64,000 bases of DNA from Tubulanus polymorphus (Eukaryota; Animalia; Nemertea), in assembly GCF_964204645.1 (NCBI RefSeq), contig NC_134035.1, positions 13,576,686-13,640,685 on the forward strand, written 5' to 3'. A program made the translations under genes and the position numbers. Of this stretch, positions 24,801-39,800 are shown in pieces. How positions within the stretch are numbered: position 1 is the stretch's first letter; every line of letters begins with the position of its first letter. The notes under the pieces were generated by a model. The model worked only from the letters and a program-made list of their open reading frames with translations, ran no database searches and had not been told where the DNA came from.

Positions 24801-27800
24801 TGATATAGAGGGGAGGGGATGGTGATGATGATATAGAGGGGAGGGGATGGTGATGATGATATAGAGGGGAGGGGATGGTGATGATGATATAGAGGGGAGG
24901 GGATGGTGATGATGATATAGAGGGGAGGGGATGGTGATGATGATATAGAGGGGAGGGGATGGTGATGATGATATAGAGGGGAGGGGATGGTGATGATGAT
25001 ATAGAGGGGAGGGGGTGGTGATGATGATATAGAGGGGAGGGGATGGTGATGATGATATAGAGGGGAGGGGATGGTGATGATGATATAGAGGGGAGGGGAT
25101 GGTGGTTTAGGGTGAGACTCAAGTTTGCTTTGTGTGTGTTTGGCTTTCATTGTTTAATGATGTAATGAGTTAGTGATGGAATCTCTCAGTGGAGAGCTCC
25201 GAGTCAGTCAGTCAGTCAGTCAGTGATTTTAGCTGGAGGGCATCGGAGGAGTCACATCTGTCCGTGTGTTTAATCCTTGTATTCAAGTTGTTCATCTCTG
25301 GATGAAATTGATACTAGTTTCACATGTGTTTATGTTATCGTTAAATATCAGTTGAATTGAATCCTTTGTTACCAGAATGTATAAGATGCAGTTGAGAAAT
25401 GAAATTTAAACTCACAACTATTCTTAACAATTGGCTCTAAGAAATGTTGTACAATTTGAGTTATTGAAAATGAAATGATTTTACAATTTTAACTTATTGA
25501 GTTATAGTTACTGAAAATGAACTAATTTGAACTGGTCTCTTATTGGAACTGGTCCGTTTAAAACCGGTCCATGTAGAATTGGTCCATGTTGAGCTCCGAA
25601 CGTTTTCTAATGATAATTGTGGCCATTTTTCTATCATTTTTATCAATTATTTCATAAATTTTTTATAATTTTGTGAATTCTATCAAATGAAATCAATCTT
25701 AGTTCTCAATGGTTATATTTTGTTTTATATTTTAATTTCCAGAGAATGACCGACAGTATACAAAAAGTTCCCAGTATAATACTGTCTATATTTTACCGAG
25801 GTGTGAAGTTCATCGATGCCAAATCAAAGGTAAGTGTCACCTAAAAGATATTCTTTAACTGTTTGAAAATTTGAGTAAAAGTTCCGAACCTGCCCACCTT
25901 GCTATCTACATTCCCGGTCTTACTTTCCCCTAGTAATAGCTCCACCTGTCCATGAAACTGTAACCCTAACCCTAACCCTAGCCCTACGGTCAACAGAGCC
26001 TCTATCCCAGGTAGCCGTAACCCTTAGTCAGCCACCGATTAACCCTAACCCTAGCTCCTCAACTCTAGCCCTCTACGGGATTTGAACCTGGGTCCACAGA
26101 TTGCAAACCCTGAGCCTTACCACTAGACCACAGAGGTCTGGTGAATGATACAGTTTGGAAGACTGTCTGGTCAGTGTGGGTGACCAGTCAGCTGTGAGGT
26201 GACCAGTCAGGTGTAAGGTGACCAGTCAGGTGTGGTAACTGGTTTTCAAATACTGTATTCACTGATAATACCCACCATTCAATTCCTGATTACTAGAGTT
26301 CCTTATTATCAGGTTCACTGTGCTACCTGTAGCATTGTCGCACTAAAGTTTGCTTTATCCTGAGACTGGGTACTCTAAAAACTGCTAGGGGTACTCTAGA
26401 GATGCTGAGTGAACCCTGAGACTGCTCTTTAGCCTGTCAGGGCTATCCTAAGACCACCGGGGGGTACTACTCTGAGATTGCTGGTTTTCGAGATTATTCA
26501 GATATTTGTGAAATTGAATTATGTGGTTCACTGATTCAGTACATGTTTCATAGATTGACCTGAAATTCCCTTGAGTGAAGTGAGATTATTGTGAACTGTC
26601 ATTTTATCTGACAACTTATAATAAATGAGAGAAGAGAAAACAGAGATCATTTATCAATCGCTATATATGCTAATAATATACCGTATATTAAAGAGAAAAT
26701 TAAAACTGATGCCGTGAGTCGACTGACACAGGGAGTTGACTGAGACACTGGAGTCGACTGACATTTGAGTCAACTGTGAGTGGTTGACTGACAGGGGGTC
26801 ACCTGATAGTAGTTGATTGTGAGGGGGGACGATCAGAGTTCAGTAAAACTTGCTGTCATAAAGATATATTTGATATCAGAAATTGTATTATAATTGATAA
26901 AACATCTTCATATTTGTAGCAATCTACAAAAATCAAACCACAGTACCACAGCTCGGGATCCATTTCCACAGCTCTGAATCCAGTTCCACAATCACTGGCC
27001 TCAGTTTCACGATTCATGATTGAAATTTTACCGTGATTTTATTTCAAATAAAGCGTTGAAACTAAACTCATTTTAGAATTTAAACTGATAAATGTAGAGC
27101 TGAGACCCTGTGCTAATATGAACTCAGTAATTAACAATCATTCAAAGATTTAACTCTTATTTACTATTGGAAAAAAACACCTCTGAATAACGACTAATAG
27201 AAATTGAGATGAATGACTGAAGATTGATAGAGGAATGGGAGGAGGGCGGACACTGAAAGAGCAGTGAGTTTATTATTTCTGGGGTTAAATCTCTTATCGC
27301 AAAACTTGTGAAAATTATACGTCAACGGTATTAATTTCGAACACTTCCCGAGATTGAAATTAACACATTTTTGACCAATTGTCGTCAGTAATAACGGTTA
27401 TTAGAGACATCGAGTCGATTCAACAGAATGATAGATTCATCTTCGATATTTCCCCGATTCATTGACAACCCCCGGCGACGATTGTTGTGTCGATTCATAA
27501 AAACTGCATTTATTGCCTTAGCGCGATTGTATATTTTTCGGGGCGAGTTTTTATTTGATTCGTTTATTGAAAGCTGACCGCGGGCCTCGGTCGTGCCCGC
27601 GGGCAACAAACGATACCCGTTTAACGCGTATAAAGCCCGCGGGCGATACGTAAACCGGTCCCGCGCGGGTCTTTGTGCGACCGATAAAGTTAACACCTCG
27701 TCGTCGTAACGCGCGGTACAGATATCCGAGTAATTATAGGTTTCGACGGTTCGGGTCTCGCCCGTCGAACAACAAACTGTTTAATTGGAATTTACGGAAG

Positions 27801-30800
27801 TTTTAATGGTTTTTCTGTCGTGTCATCATCAATCACTCGCTGCCCGTAGATCGGCTACAGCTGCCCGGACGCGGCGGGCGCTCGGTTCTCACACTGCCAA
27901 AAAACTCACTTCCTCGTTTGACTGAATTTTCAAAACTGAGTCGCACGATAAGAAATGGTCGTAAAAACTGTCGGAGTTTAGTTGTTGTTTGGGGTTTTTT
28001 TTAACGATGCGTATATAATTTCCTTTTGACGTAATTTTCCCGAGGAATACAAGAATATAATCGTCCATAACTAATTCTGTATTTGTCAACCGCAACATAA
28101 CCCTTCTGTACAAACTGCATTTATAGATAGGAGGGAGGACAGGAGGGAGAAGGCAGTTAAAGTAAAGCTTATTTTTTCGATTTCTTTAAATATTTTCAAA
28201 TGAGAATTTAATATTTGTTTTTATCCCTTTACAAATTCTGATGCCATTTTTTTTTTTTTCACGTGGAATTTTCAGTGAAGTTGAAAATAATTCCTGAACC
28301 AAACAAATCTACTTCAAAAAAAAAATTGTCAAATTTCTCCCAAAGCAAAATTCAAGTTAAGAATTATTTGAATGTTTATTTTTATGGCTCCTGAATTAAA
28401 GTCGAAATTAAAAGTGGCATTTTGATTACTGCTAATTCTTTCCTCAAATCGAAAAGATAAATTTTTCTTATGATTCTAAAATTAAATATGAAATAAAAAG
28501 TGATCTTGAGACATTTCGATAACTGGTAATGTTTTCCTAAAAAAAACCTTTTTTGCACGTTTTTTGGTGGTTCCTAGAGTTAAAAGTGTGTGCGATATAT
28601 CTATATCCGAAATCTGATGTTTCAACTATAAAACTCATGATTATTGTCAAAGTTCAGTTGGTTTCAGATAACGGATTAGTTCTAGCTAGTTAATTCAATA
28701 AGTTCTGTTTGAGTTAACACTATCGACATTAGTTCCTGTCAGTTGATTACAGCGTAATAAACGATAACACAATCATCACAATCATCACAATCATCACAAT
28801 CAACCTGCTTTTATTATTCTAGTTTTTATCATGTCTTTCTTTATTAAACTGACGCAAAGATTATTTCGGACAATTTTGTCGATAAAACAATCTTTATATT
28901 TCACAATTCGTCGATTAGTAAATGTCATAGTTACACACAAACTATGTGAATTTTGCTTCTTAAGTCATCGTTGTTGTGATGACAATCATTACATTGACGA
29001 CTTATCCAAATGATTACTTTCATTTTGTTAATTGAATTGGAATTATAAATTGAGGCTAAAAAATAGAGATGACTTCAGTAATGTGACGACTTATCCAAAT
29101 GATGACTTACACTTAGTAAATTGAATTAGAAATACAAATTGAGACTCAAAAATAGAGATGACTTCAGTAATGTGACGACTTATCCAAATGATGACTTACA
29201 CTTAGTAAATTGAATTAGAAATACAAATTGAGACTAAAAAATAGAGATGACTTCAGTAATGTGACGACTTTATACAAATGACGACCTCATCAAGTTCAAT
29301 TTTACTTACTGAATATATGAGATAAGGATAATTATTTTATTATGATGATAATGATGGTCAATAAAGTTGATATAACCTCTATAATACCTCTATAACCTCC
29401 TTGTTACCTCTATAAACTGAATAATGAGGAGCGGTCTGTGCACATGTTGCCTCCGAGCGACTCATCATGATTTTATTATCAGTTCAGTTTTTCAATAATC
29501 AACAATAAAACGTCGTCGGTTTTGACTTTGTGCGATTGTGTCCTGATTGTATCTATAATCACGCTCGAACGGTCAGCGAAATGACCAGTGTCCAGTCAGC
29601 GATAAAATTAACAATATAGAATTCTCGGCGCAGCTTGCTGACCAGCTGAAGTTCAGTCGGTCGGTTCGAACCGCTGGTCCGGTCCATGTGTCGAGATGAT
29701 TGATGTTAATTGAAGTTTATGGAACGTCACGTTTCGACCTGTAATTTACTAGTAAATTCTGTCTAGAAAAGGTGTCGTTAATGATCACCTTCGATTCTGT
29801 GTTTAATCATTTAGAAACCTATTCAGTTTCTCGTCCGATGTTCATTCATAGTTTTTCACGTTTGATAAAGAATAATTTGTCTGGATTTCGGGTCGAGAGT
29901 CGAATGAACTTTACACAGATTTCTTTAAATCAACGATTGAGATTTTTGTGGTTTTCAAATGAACATTTTTACTCCAGGTGTGTTGTAGGCAGCCATATGG
30001 CCGTACCCTGACCAGCCCAAACTCAACCCACCCTGTACCCGTACCCTGACCAGCCCAAACTCAACCCACCCTGTACCCGTACCCCGACCAGCCCAAACTC
30101 AAGCCACCCTGTACCCGTACCCACCCTGTACCCGTACCCTGACCAGCCCAAACTCAACCCAACCTGTACCCGTACCCTGACCAGCCCAAACTCAACCCAC
30201 CCTGTACCCGTACCCCGACCAGCCCAAACTCAAGCCACCCTGTACCCGTACCCCGACCAGCCCAAACTCAAGCCACCCTGTACCCGTACCCTGACCAGCC
30301 CAAACTCAACCCACCCTGTACCCGTACCCTGACCAGCCCAAACTCAACCCACCCTGTACCCGTACCCTGACCAGCCCAAACTCAACCCACCCTGTACCCG
30401 TACCCTAACCAGCCCAAACTCAACCCACCCTGTACCCGTACCCTGACCAGCCTAAACTCAACCCAACCTGTACCCGTACCCCGACCAGCCCAAACTCAAC
30501 CCACCCTGTACCCGTTCCCCGACCAGCCCAAACTCAACCCACCCCGTACCCCGACCAGCCCAAACTCAACCCACCCCGTACCCCGACCAGCCCAAACTCA
30601 ACCCACCCCGTACCCCGACCAGCCCAAACTCAACCCACCCCGTACCCCGACCAGCCCAAACTCAACCCACCCAGTACCCAACTCTACACAGGGGGTGAGA
30701 ATCTAAGAGATATTTTGTAAGACCTTCAAAACTTTCTGTTCACCAAAGAGCTTAATAAATTTTAAGTGAATAAAGGGCAGTGAATGAAAAAAATGCATTT

Positions 30801-33800
30801 TCTGTAAAATGGAGTAAAATACATGTAAAATATGATATGTTTAATATGGATTTCTGATAAACCAGATCAATTTCATCGGGTCCCAAAATGATCGTAATTA
30901 AGCGGGTTCTGGATAATAATGATATTAATAATTGAAATGATAATCGATTGCCTTGTATAGTACAAAATCTACGATGTTATCTGTACATGAAATGAGAGAC
31001 GGTTTGAATCAAACTTCGATCATTCTTATTATTCGTGATAAGATATCAGTATGCAGTATCAGTATCAGTAAATGTTATGTGTATATATATTTCAGAATGT
31101 AATCTGTGAACACGAGATCGGTAATATATTCTGCGCTTGTCAAGACGCCGATGATATGAATTTCTTCGCGTATATAACTAAAGATTTACAGACAGGTCAT
31201 CATTACTGTCATGTGTTCCGTGTGAAAACCACCGTAAGTAGAACACACTTTAATCAGATCAGATCTGTGTGTCCGGTTTAGGTTTAAAACGGTTTAGTTT
31301 GAGCTGCTGTCCTCATCGAAAACATGCAGTTAAACCAGAAGCGACTAAACCATGAACTAGAATTAATGTTTTTCTTGAAACTGGATTCCGATCAGTAACA
31401 GAAAATACAGTAAACCTTGTCTTACTCAGACATTGCCACCAATCCGGTGGGGGGGACTACTGATTGAATAAAACTGTGAAATTGGATCCAGTGTTTCATC
31501 AGACCGGGATAACTGTCATACACTGTACGCTACTGCCCTCTACTGTTAAAATCCATCACTAAACCGTGTGTGTGTATCCATACAGTGTCGCCTCCACGTG
31601 GCTTTATTCAGAACTAAACAGCTGCATTGATTCCCAACCAGCAGTTTTTTTGATGTTTCATATTTGTTCATCTTTCTCTCTCTCTGACCAGTGGCTAATT
31701 TTCGCCGATAAATATTACATGAGGCTTTGATGATATAAAACAGCAGGGGGTGAGGGGAGGTGAGAGGGGCTGAAAGGGGGGGTTCGATCATAAATAATGT
31801 GTTTGCGTTTGAAGTTATTAATTTGATCAGTTCCGCCAGTTTTCACATTTACTAATGTTTTTTATTGACCGCGAGTTTCGCAGAAAGAAAGATGACCAAT
31901 TATTATACGACTAATATTCACCATCCACACACACAACGTATTGTGACCTTCGACTTGGTTCTATAAACATGATTACAACTTTCGACTAGTCTTACTTAAG
32001 CTCGTTTTGGTTCTATCACAAATCTTACAACTTCAAACTTAAGACCAGTCTAAAGGTTTAAGACCACTTTTAGACTTACGTCATTAATGTGCAGCTTTGA
32101 TCACCTAGCTCGCTGGGGTTCTGCTCATTTTACAGAAAAATAGATCACCTTCTTAGTTCTCTAGTCAATCTGATAACTTAAGATCAGTCTTATTTAAGCT
32201 CAATTTAGTTCTGTAGTCAATTTGACACGTTAAAACCAGCCTTATGTTTTAAGACCACTTTAAGACTAACGTCGCAACAGTGCAACTGGATCCAGTGGAC
32301 CAGGGGCCGGTTCCCATAGTCAAAACTTAAGACCAAAAGTGGTCTTGATTCTTAAGACTGGTCTTAATTTGTTAGATTGGCTATAGAACTAAGTTGGTCT
32401 TAGAACGGTCTTATGTCTAAGCCCTGACCTAGCTCACTGGGGCTGTACGCATGATCTTTTGTATTATCCCAAAACTAAGCCAAGGATCTAACTCCAGGGG
32501 GCGGGGGTTTGTCCATCTGAGCAAACCTAGCAATGTCTCAGAAATTTATCAGTTAGTTTGATATTTAAATAATCGGATATAATCATCAGACAGAGTGTCA
32601 TCAGGGTGCGATTGGAGGACGAGAGGAAGGGAAGAGAGAGAGAATGGATTACTGGTGGTGTTTACACCATATGTGCGCTCTAGCTTCAGGCTAGTGAAAA
32701 CGCTTCATTGAACTCCTACAATTGTAATATAAGAACTTGAATTCAGTCGAGCGGAATTTCATTATAATAAATTCATCATCATTCTGAAACTTATCGACTC
32801 ACAGATTTTAGAGATTGAACAAAAACCTGTGCGATGAAGAAATCTGTTTAAACATTCTCACTGAATATATTCACATCTTACATTTGTTTATCAGCATCAG
32901 TGAAATCAACGAGTTCTGAATCTTTTCTTGAAAATCATGGGAAATTTGTACGTATTTTTGGTGTCTTGTTGTTCTTGCTGGTGATGAGTGGCACAAGGAA
33001 CCTCTTGATAAGAAACAGCCCTCACTGAGGATATCATATAATTTAATCAGGGATTGAATTTTTGGTGTCTTGTTGTTCTTGCTGTTGATGAGTGACACAA
33101 GGAACCTCTTGATAAGAAACAGCCCTCACTGAGGATATCTTGTAATTCAATCAGGGAATTTTAATTTTTGGTGTCTTGTTGTTCTTGCTGGTGACGAGTG
33201 ACACAAGGATTCTCCTGATAATAAACGGCCATCAACTGAAAATATCTTATAGTTTAATCAGGGAATTTTTGGTCAAGAGTCCGGAAAATTACCAATGAAT
33301 TTAGTGAAGTTTTGGTCAAGTGTTTCCCGGAAATATGTGGAAATTTTTCAATTCCTTGATCTGTATTAGATTCTGACGTTGTTCTAACGGATGACAGCCT
33401 GTATTCTAGAAGCGCTTTAAGAATCGCAATAACTCAAAAAACAAAACCCATCTTGAGATGAACGTTTGATATGAGTTATTGAGGTATCTGAATTCAATCG
33501 AGGCTCGCTCGACGACGGCAACGTTTTAAAGCGTCTCCACGACGATAGAAAGGCGGAAATTTGCAACAATGTCGTCGTATCTCGGTAACAAATAATAGTG
33601 ATGGTTGCTGACGGAGGAGATGTTGTTTTATGTTCAGCGGTTTGAACGTAATAAGGTTGATGATTGTTCATTCATTCGAATATCTGCCCACTATACATTG
33701 ATTGCTGATGCTGGGCTAACGCAATTAATCTAAAACTCTCTCTTCTCTCCATCTCTTCCTCTTTCCTTTCACCTCTCTCTCCCTCTCTCTTCCCTCTTTT

Positions 33801-36800
33801 TTCACTCTCCCTCATTTTCCTCTCTCACTATCATCCTTTTTCTCCTCTTTTTCTCTCTTAAATTTCACTATCATCCTCTTTCTTCTCTCTTAAACTTTCT
33901 CCTCTTCTCATTCTCCCTCTCCACTCGCTCTCTATTCTCTCCCTGTCTCTTTCTGCCCTCTCCTCTTACCCCGTGGTCTCCCTGTACCGGTATTTCACTC
34001 TACACATTCCTCTCTCCCTCTCTTTGTCTGTAGTTCTCACAGTCTCAGTTAACTCCGCCCCTCTCTCTCCCCCTCTCTCTCGAATACTAATCGCTACGAT
34101 GATATTTCGGGATGATATTTTGAATATGAACTTTCGGTTGACTCGGTCGGTTATTTAAATCAAGAACCGGGGCTGATTAATTTAATACAGCTGCTGCTAC
34201 TATCGGAACAATACTTACTCGCATACATTATAATCCAATGACAGCAGAACGCAGTTTAAAATCTTCCTTCGAACTAATGAACGGGTGTCTGTTCTATAAC
34301 ACAATGAAATCACCGTTCAATTTCGATGTCACATATTTCACAGAAATGACAAAGAATGTTTCGATCGATGTCTCAATTTATGTCAGTTTTTATCTCATGG
34401 AAATATCTCCGAGATTTGACATCATTTTCTTTGATTCGTCGAATAGTTGTAAATGTTTCGTGTTTACAATCCGTTTCACAATAACGTGTTTTATTTACTG
34501 TTTCAGTTTTCACTTGATTAAGTTTGAAAGTCGTCGCGAGTCGTCGTGAGTTTCTCGCGCTGTGAATTCATGTGAAAATTAAACTGACAACAGATGTCTT
34601 AAATCTCACTGAATTAATAATACCCTGAAATATCACTCTACAATTTCAAATACCCTGAAATATCACTCTACAATTTCAAATACCCTGAAATATCACTCTA
34701 CAATTTCAAATACCCTGAAATATCACTCTACAATTTCAAATACCTTGAAATATCACTCTACAATTTCAAATACCCTGAAATATCACTCTACAATTTCAAA
34801 TACCTTGAAATATCACTCTACAATTTCAAATACCTTGAAATATCACTCTACAATTTCAAATACCCTGAAATATCAATCTACAATTTCAAATACCCTGAAA
34901 TATCACTCTACAATCTCAGATAACCTGAAATATCACTCTACAATTTCAAATATCCTGAAATATCACTCTACAATTTCAAATACCCTGATTCCTGAAATAT
35001 CAGCTCTTCAAATATCTCAAAGTACTCGTTAAACAATCTCAAAATATCGATCCACAATCTTAACAAATCTCAATAGTCTTACATATTTCCTCGTGAATTC
35101 GCAAACATAATTTTCAATCTGTAAAATCAGAAATAAATCGAAGCAGGCCGAGAAATCATCAGGGGTCGTGTACTTTTATTAGTTCTCATAAACTAGGAAA
35201 ATAAACAATTTAGTTATTTAGAACGAGAAGGCGCAACATCTGTCAAATTGAAGACGAAATATTTCTGGTGCTCTGAGGGACGAGAGAGAGAGAGAGGGGC
35301 GGAGTAGATACTGATATAGTTTCTATAGTTTACTAGTTATCATCGCTACGCTGAGCATCAACGCGTCCCAACCTTAAATATCACACGGCGCCCGAATTTC
35401 GGCATCATTAAACAGATATGTATTGATAGAGCGAGGGCGATATAGTCGGGTTCGCGCTGTTTTTAAAGACTTCAGACACAACCGGTCAAATTTATGCGTA
35501 ATTAAACTCATTTTTGACACTTGAACGCCGGCGCACTGAGGTCTCGAATTTACGAGCGCGCCCCGAAAAATATCCGACTACGTCTTCAAAGCGGCGTCGT
35601 CGTCGCGAGTTGTATCGTAGAGAATCACGCAGCATCTGTCATCCAGAAAATCAGCGCCGCTAAATAGAGCTGATAATTGTCGTTGATCGTTTTACTCTTG
35701 ACTTCCTGTCTAGAAAATCCACTTACTTTCATATGACATACACACAAACACATAACACCGAGTCCCGGCCGCGGTCCCGGCCACGGTCCCGACGAGGTAA
35801 ATTACACAAATTCAACGGAATCAATTTTCAAGTTGATGCTTTTGCGATTACGATGTTGATATATTTGATTCGACGACGATGATGATTTTATTGACGAGGC
35901 TGATAGATGTGGAAGGGTGGAAGAGGATGGGTGGATAATCTGTGAACTCTACAATTAAGTAGAACTACTACGTTTGAGATCAATCTACGTTTTTCAATCC
36001 TAGAAAATTACTTTTCCTGGAAATCAGGGAAATAATCAGGGGATTTTCTATTCTTTAGAAGAAGTCGGGAAATAGTCAGAGAATTTTGTTATAAAGCTAA
36101 ATTCCAGGAATAAGTCAGGGAAATTTGTTTGCGTCTTTGTCTTATGTATTTTACTGCATTCATTGATCGGATTCTTAGCAAATCAAGTCAGGGAAAACAG
36201 TGGACATGTCAGGGAAGTCAGGTCAAATGAAAGTGGCCGAAACTAAGAATCTTATACACAAGATCTAAGACAAATTGATTTATTTAGAAAAGAAAATCTA
36301 AATGTATGAAATTTTCTTAAATCATTCGTCGTTTTGAATTGTATGAAAATGTGATAAAATGTAGTGTAATGTGATAATTCTTAAAATGTAGTGAAGATTT
36401 GAATTGAAGGCGATGGACAGTGTATTGTGAGTTTGGACAGCGTAGTGTGGGTTTGGACAGTGTATTGTGAGTTTGGACAGCGTATTGCGAGTTTGGACAG
36501 TGTATTGTGGGTTTGGACAGCGTATTGTGAGTTTGGACAGTGTATTGTGGGTTTGGACAGCGTATTGTGAGTTTGGACAGTGTATTGCGAGTTTGGACAG
36601 CGTATTGTGAGTTTAGACAGTGTATTGTGGGTTTGGACAGCGTATTGTGAGTTTGGACAGTGTATTGCGAGTTTGGACAGCGTATTGTGAGTTTGGACAG
36701 TGTATGGTGGGTTTGGACAGCGTATTGTGAGTTTGGACAGCGTATTGTGAGTTTGGACAGCGTATTGCGAGTTTGGACAGCGTATTGTGGGTTTGGACAG

Positions 36801-39800
36801 CGTATTGTGGGTTTGGACAGTGTATTGTGGGTTTGGTTGTAAAATACTGTACAGTGATTCATGTCTCGTGTTCAGACTTGAGTTTATTGCTATAATCTGT
36901 TTATTATCAGTTTGTGATGAGACAAACTCTTAATTGAATTGCGGTTTGAAATTCAATTATCACCGCACAATGTTCATTTATATCCAAACGAAAGACAGCC
37001 CTCTGAGTAACGCCATCTAATAATAACTTACACGTTTTCTTGAGACGTTTCAGCTAGTTACAACAACTCAATTGAATAATGTTTCCTATGAAAACTAACA
37101 TTACTAAATAGAAAATCTTTAAGTATTTTGTTTCTATAACTTATGAGATTTTTTCTCACGAAAACAAATTAGATAGAGAAGATTTTTTTTAGAAAACTCA
37201 AACGTAGAATTCGAAACTAGTTGTGGCTCATTTTTGTTTTCATAGATTTTATAAGTTATAGAAACAAAATACTTAAAGATTTTCTATTTAGTAGCCTTAG
37301 TTTTCATAAGAAACATTATTCAATTGAGTTGTTGTAACCAGCTGAAACTCTTTGGGAGTCCTGAAGTCATGACTGCGAACTTGGATTCTGTTCTCTACGA
37401 CTTTGATTAAAAACGTAAAAACCATAAAATTGGATCCATGTTTTTTGGTCTCCTCCATGTTTTCCCAGACCCATATGAAACAATATTTCGAGCGTTTTTG
37501 CGAATTTGATGATGAAAAGGATTTAATCAAATCTACGATGAATTCTCTATTCACAATTTGCTCTAATCTAATCATCGTGTCTGATTATTTAATTTGCTGA
37601 AATTGATTCTCTCAGTATTTCAACGATAATCTCGCGAGAGAGTCTCGCTCCTCGTCGACGCCCGCTCGCGAGACTCTGATTGATAATAATACCGTCGCGC
37701 GATATTGAAATGATATTTTCGTCGCGTGTCGGATATAAATTTGATTTTAGACGAATTCGCTGATGAAATGTAGTTCGGGTCATCGGTTCACGCGGTACTC
37801 AGGTCATAAAACATAAAACCACAGGTCATTCAATAATCCACCACACAATCAATTATTCGACTATAAATTTATGTAATTTTCTTATGTGTCAATTATATTT
37901 TTACGTACAAGAATATCAGAACCAGCAGCAGTAGTAGCAGCAGCAGCAGCAGCACCAGCAGCACCAGCACCAGCACCAGCCGCAGCAGCAGTGTATAGAT
38001 CCTGTGTATATGTCTCAACTATTAGTAGACCCACCTCTCTTACTTGGCCTTACAGAACCCTGTCCTCAAGTCGGGGAATGTTGGAAAGATTCTTTTTGGA
38101 AAAACTTTCTCATTTCCCTGATTCTGAACTGGGTGAGATATTTACAGCAGTCTCAACACGCTATCGAGTTCCCTGATTCTCAACTCAGAGTCCACTGCAT
38201 CATGAAATTTAGATCAAATATTTCAGATCATCGCAGATAATCCTCGATCCTCCATTCACTGATCTTGTAATCATGAAAACAGATATTCTGCCAGAGTCTG
38301 AAACTTACTGCCACCTACGTTCAATCACGAGAACTAACGTTATCCGGCAGAAGTTTAATTTCTGTTAAATATGGACAAACAAAGCGTCAGCGAGCGCGGC
38401 CCGACCATCCATTAGAGCTACCCGCTACAACAATACATTAATGATCGTCAATAGCGACGATTGTTGAGGAATTCTCGGCCGTTTATTGATGTTTCGTAAA
38501 ATATTGTCGACGCTTCGGGGGCCGCTAACTCAACGCGATATTATAACATGCGTTATTACGAGCCGCCTCGTCAAAAACCGGTCGCGAAAAAAAACCTGAA
38601 TCACCGTTTTTATCATCGTCATGGTGCTAATTGTTGCATCGAGCAGGCGGGGGGCGAGTGAGGGGGCGAGGCTTTCGTATGAATTCTCCAACGTGATTTG
38701 TCGTCGGCGTCGTAGAAAGAGCTGCTCAAATAAGTGTGAAATGGATATAGACAGGAATGAATTCACTGCACTCTTCAACAACGAGACATCAACAAAACAT
38801 CGGAAATAAGGCTAGAAAAATCGATACCTTGTTTCTCTCATTTCTGCTGGGCTTCACTGTTGACCAGCCGGTCGTCGAGCCAGTATTCCTGAAGATGACT
38901 ATATAAGATATAGTCGATGCGTTGAATTAAATAGATTTATAGCTTAAAGGAAACTTTTCGGACTTCTGTTATCTCAGTGTGGGATTCTCAATATATCTTC
39001 ATAACACGGAATAGTGTTTCATCAATGTTAGCCTATCCACCTCATAGATAACTTTTTTTTAAATCATGATCTAGCCAACAATAACAGACCCGGCAGTTGT
39101 AGAAATGAACTGACTACAAATTCAATCGCAGTTTATAAAAGCGACCCAACCAATAGATCATCATTTACAAAATTATTACAAAATTCTCAAGTCATTCCTG
39201 ATTTCCCTGTTGAAACCATGATGACATAGGTGTATATAGAAACTGAGCGATAGAAACTAAAATAGAAAAAAGGAAATCCACGAGATCCAAGAATTTGATG
39301 ATTATTGAGAAACAAGGTATCGTTTTATTTCAGCCTGATCGCGGGAGGCTTGTATTGATACATGAGGTTTGTATAGATAGATAGCTGCGAGCTAAGTCGC
39401 GCGGACCTCTGTGAAATTCATCCTCGGACGACGCCGGAGAATGTCGTCGTCGTCGGTGGATTGTTGTGAAGTAACCGCGGTTACCGATGATACGCGTTAT
39501 AGTTGTTCAACCGATCGTATAGTTTTAAATACCCAGCTGCCTGCGTCCGAGGCCGAAGGGCCTCGACAAACCACCGATATTCTTCCGCCGTTTAAAGTTT
39601 TGTCGTCCGATTTGTGCAGTTAACTGTACATTTTGAACTTTTCCGCATCGAACGTCGAATAATAGAATATTTCACCGTTGATTAGAAGTGATAACGACCG
39701 GTTTCCATTTTTAAACGTACGACGTTCTTTTCGACGACTATTTCCGTCATTTCTCATTGTGTTTTAAATACAAAGCAGACGACAATTCTTCTTTAAGACA

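Noticed and set aside
24428-25150. His/Pro-rich ORFs
   Set aside because: Artefact of the 29-bp minisatellite.
26069-26137. Functional tRNA gene
   Set aside because: Anticodon and T stems are imperfect and it is embedded in repeat-like sequence; called SINE-like instead.
27842-27865. cccgtagatc resembling miR-99/100
   Set aside because: Only ~10 nt match and no pre-miRNA hairpin; likewise at ~55188.
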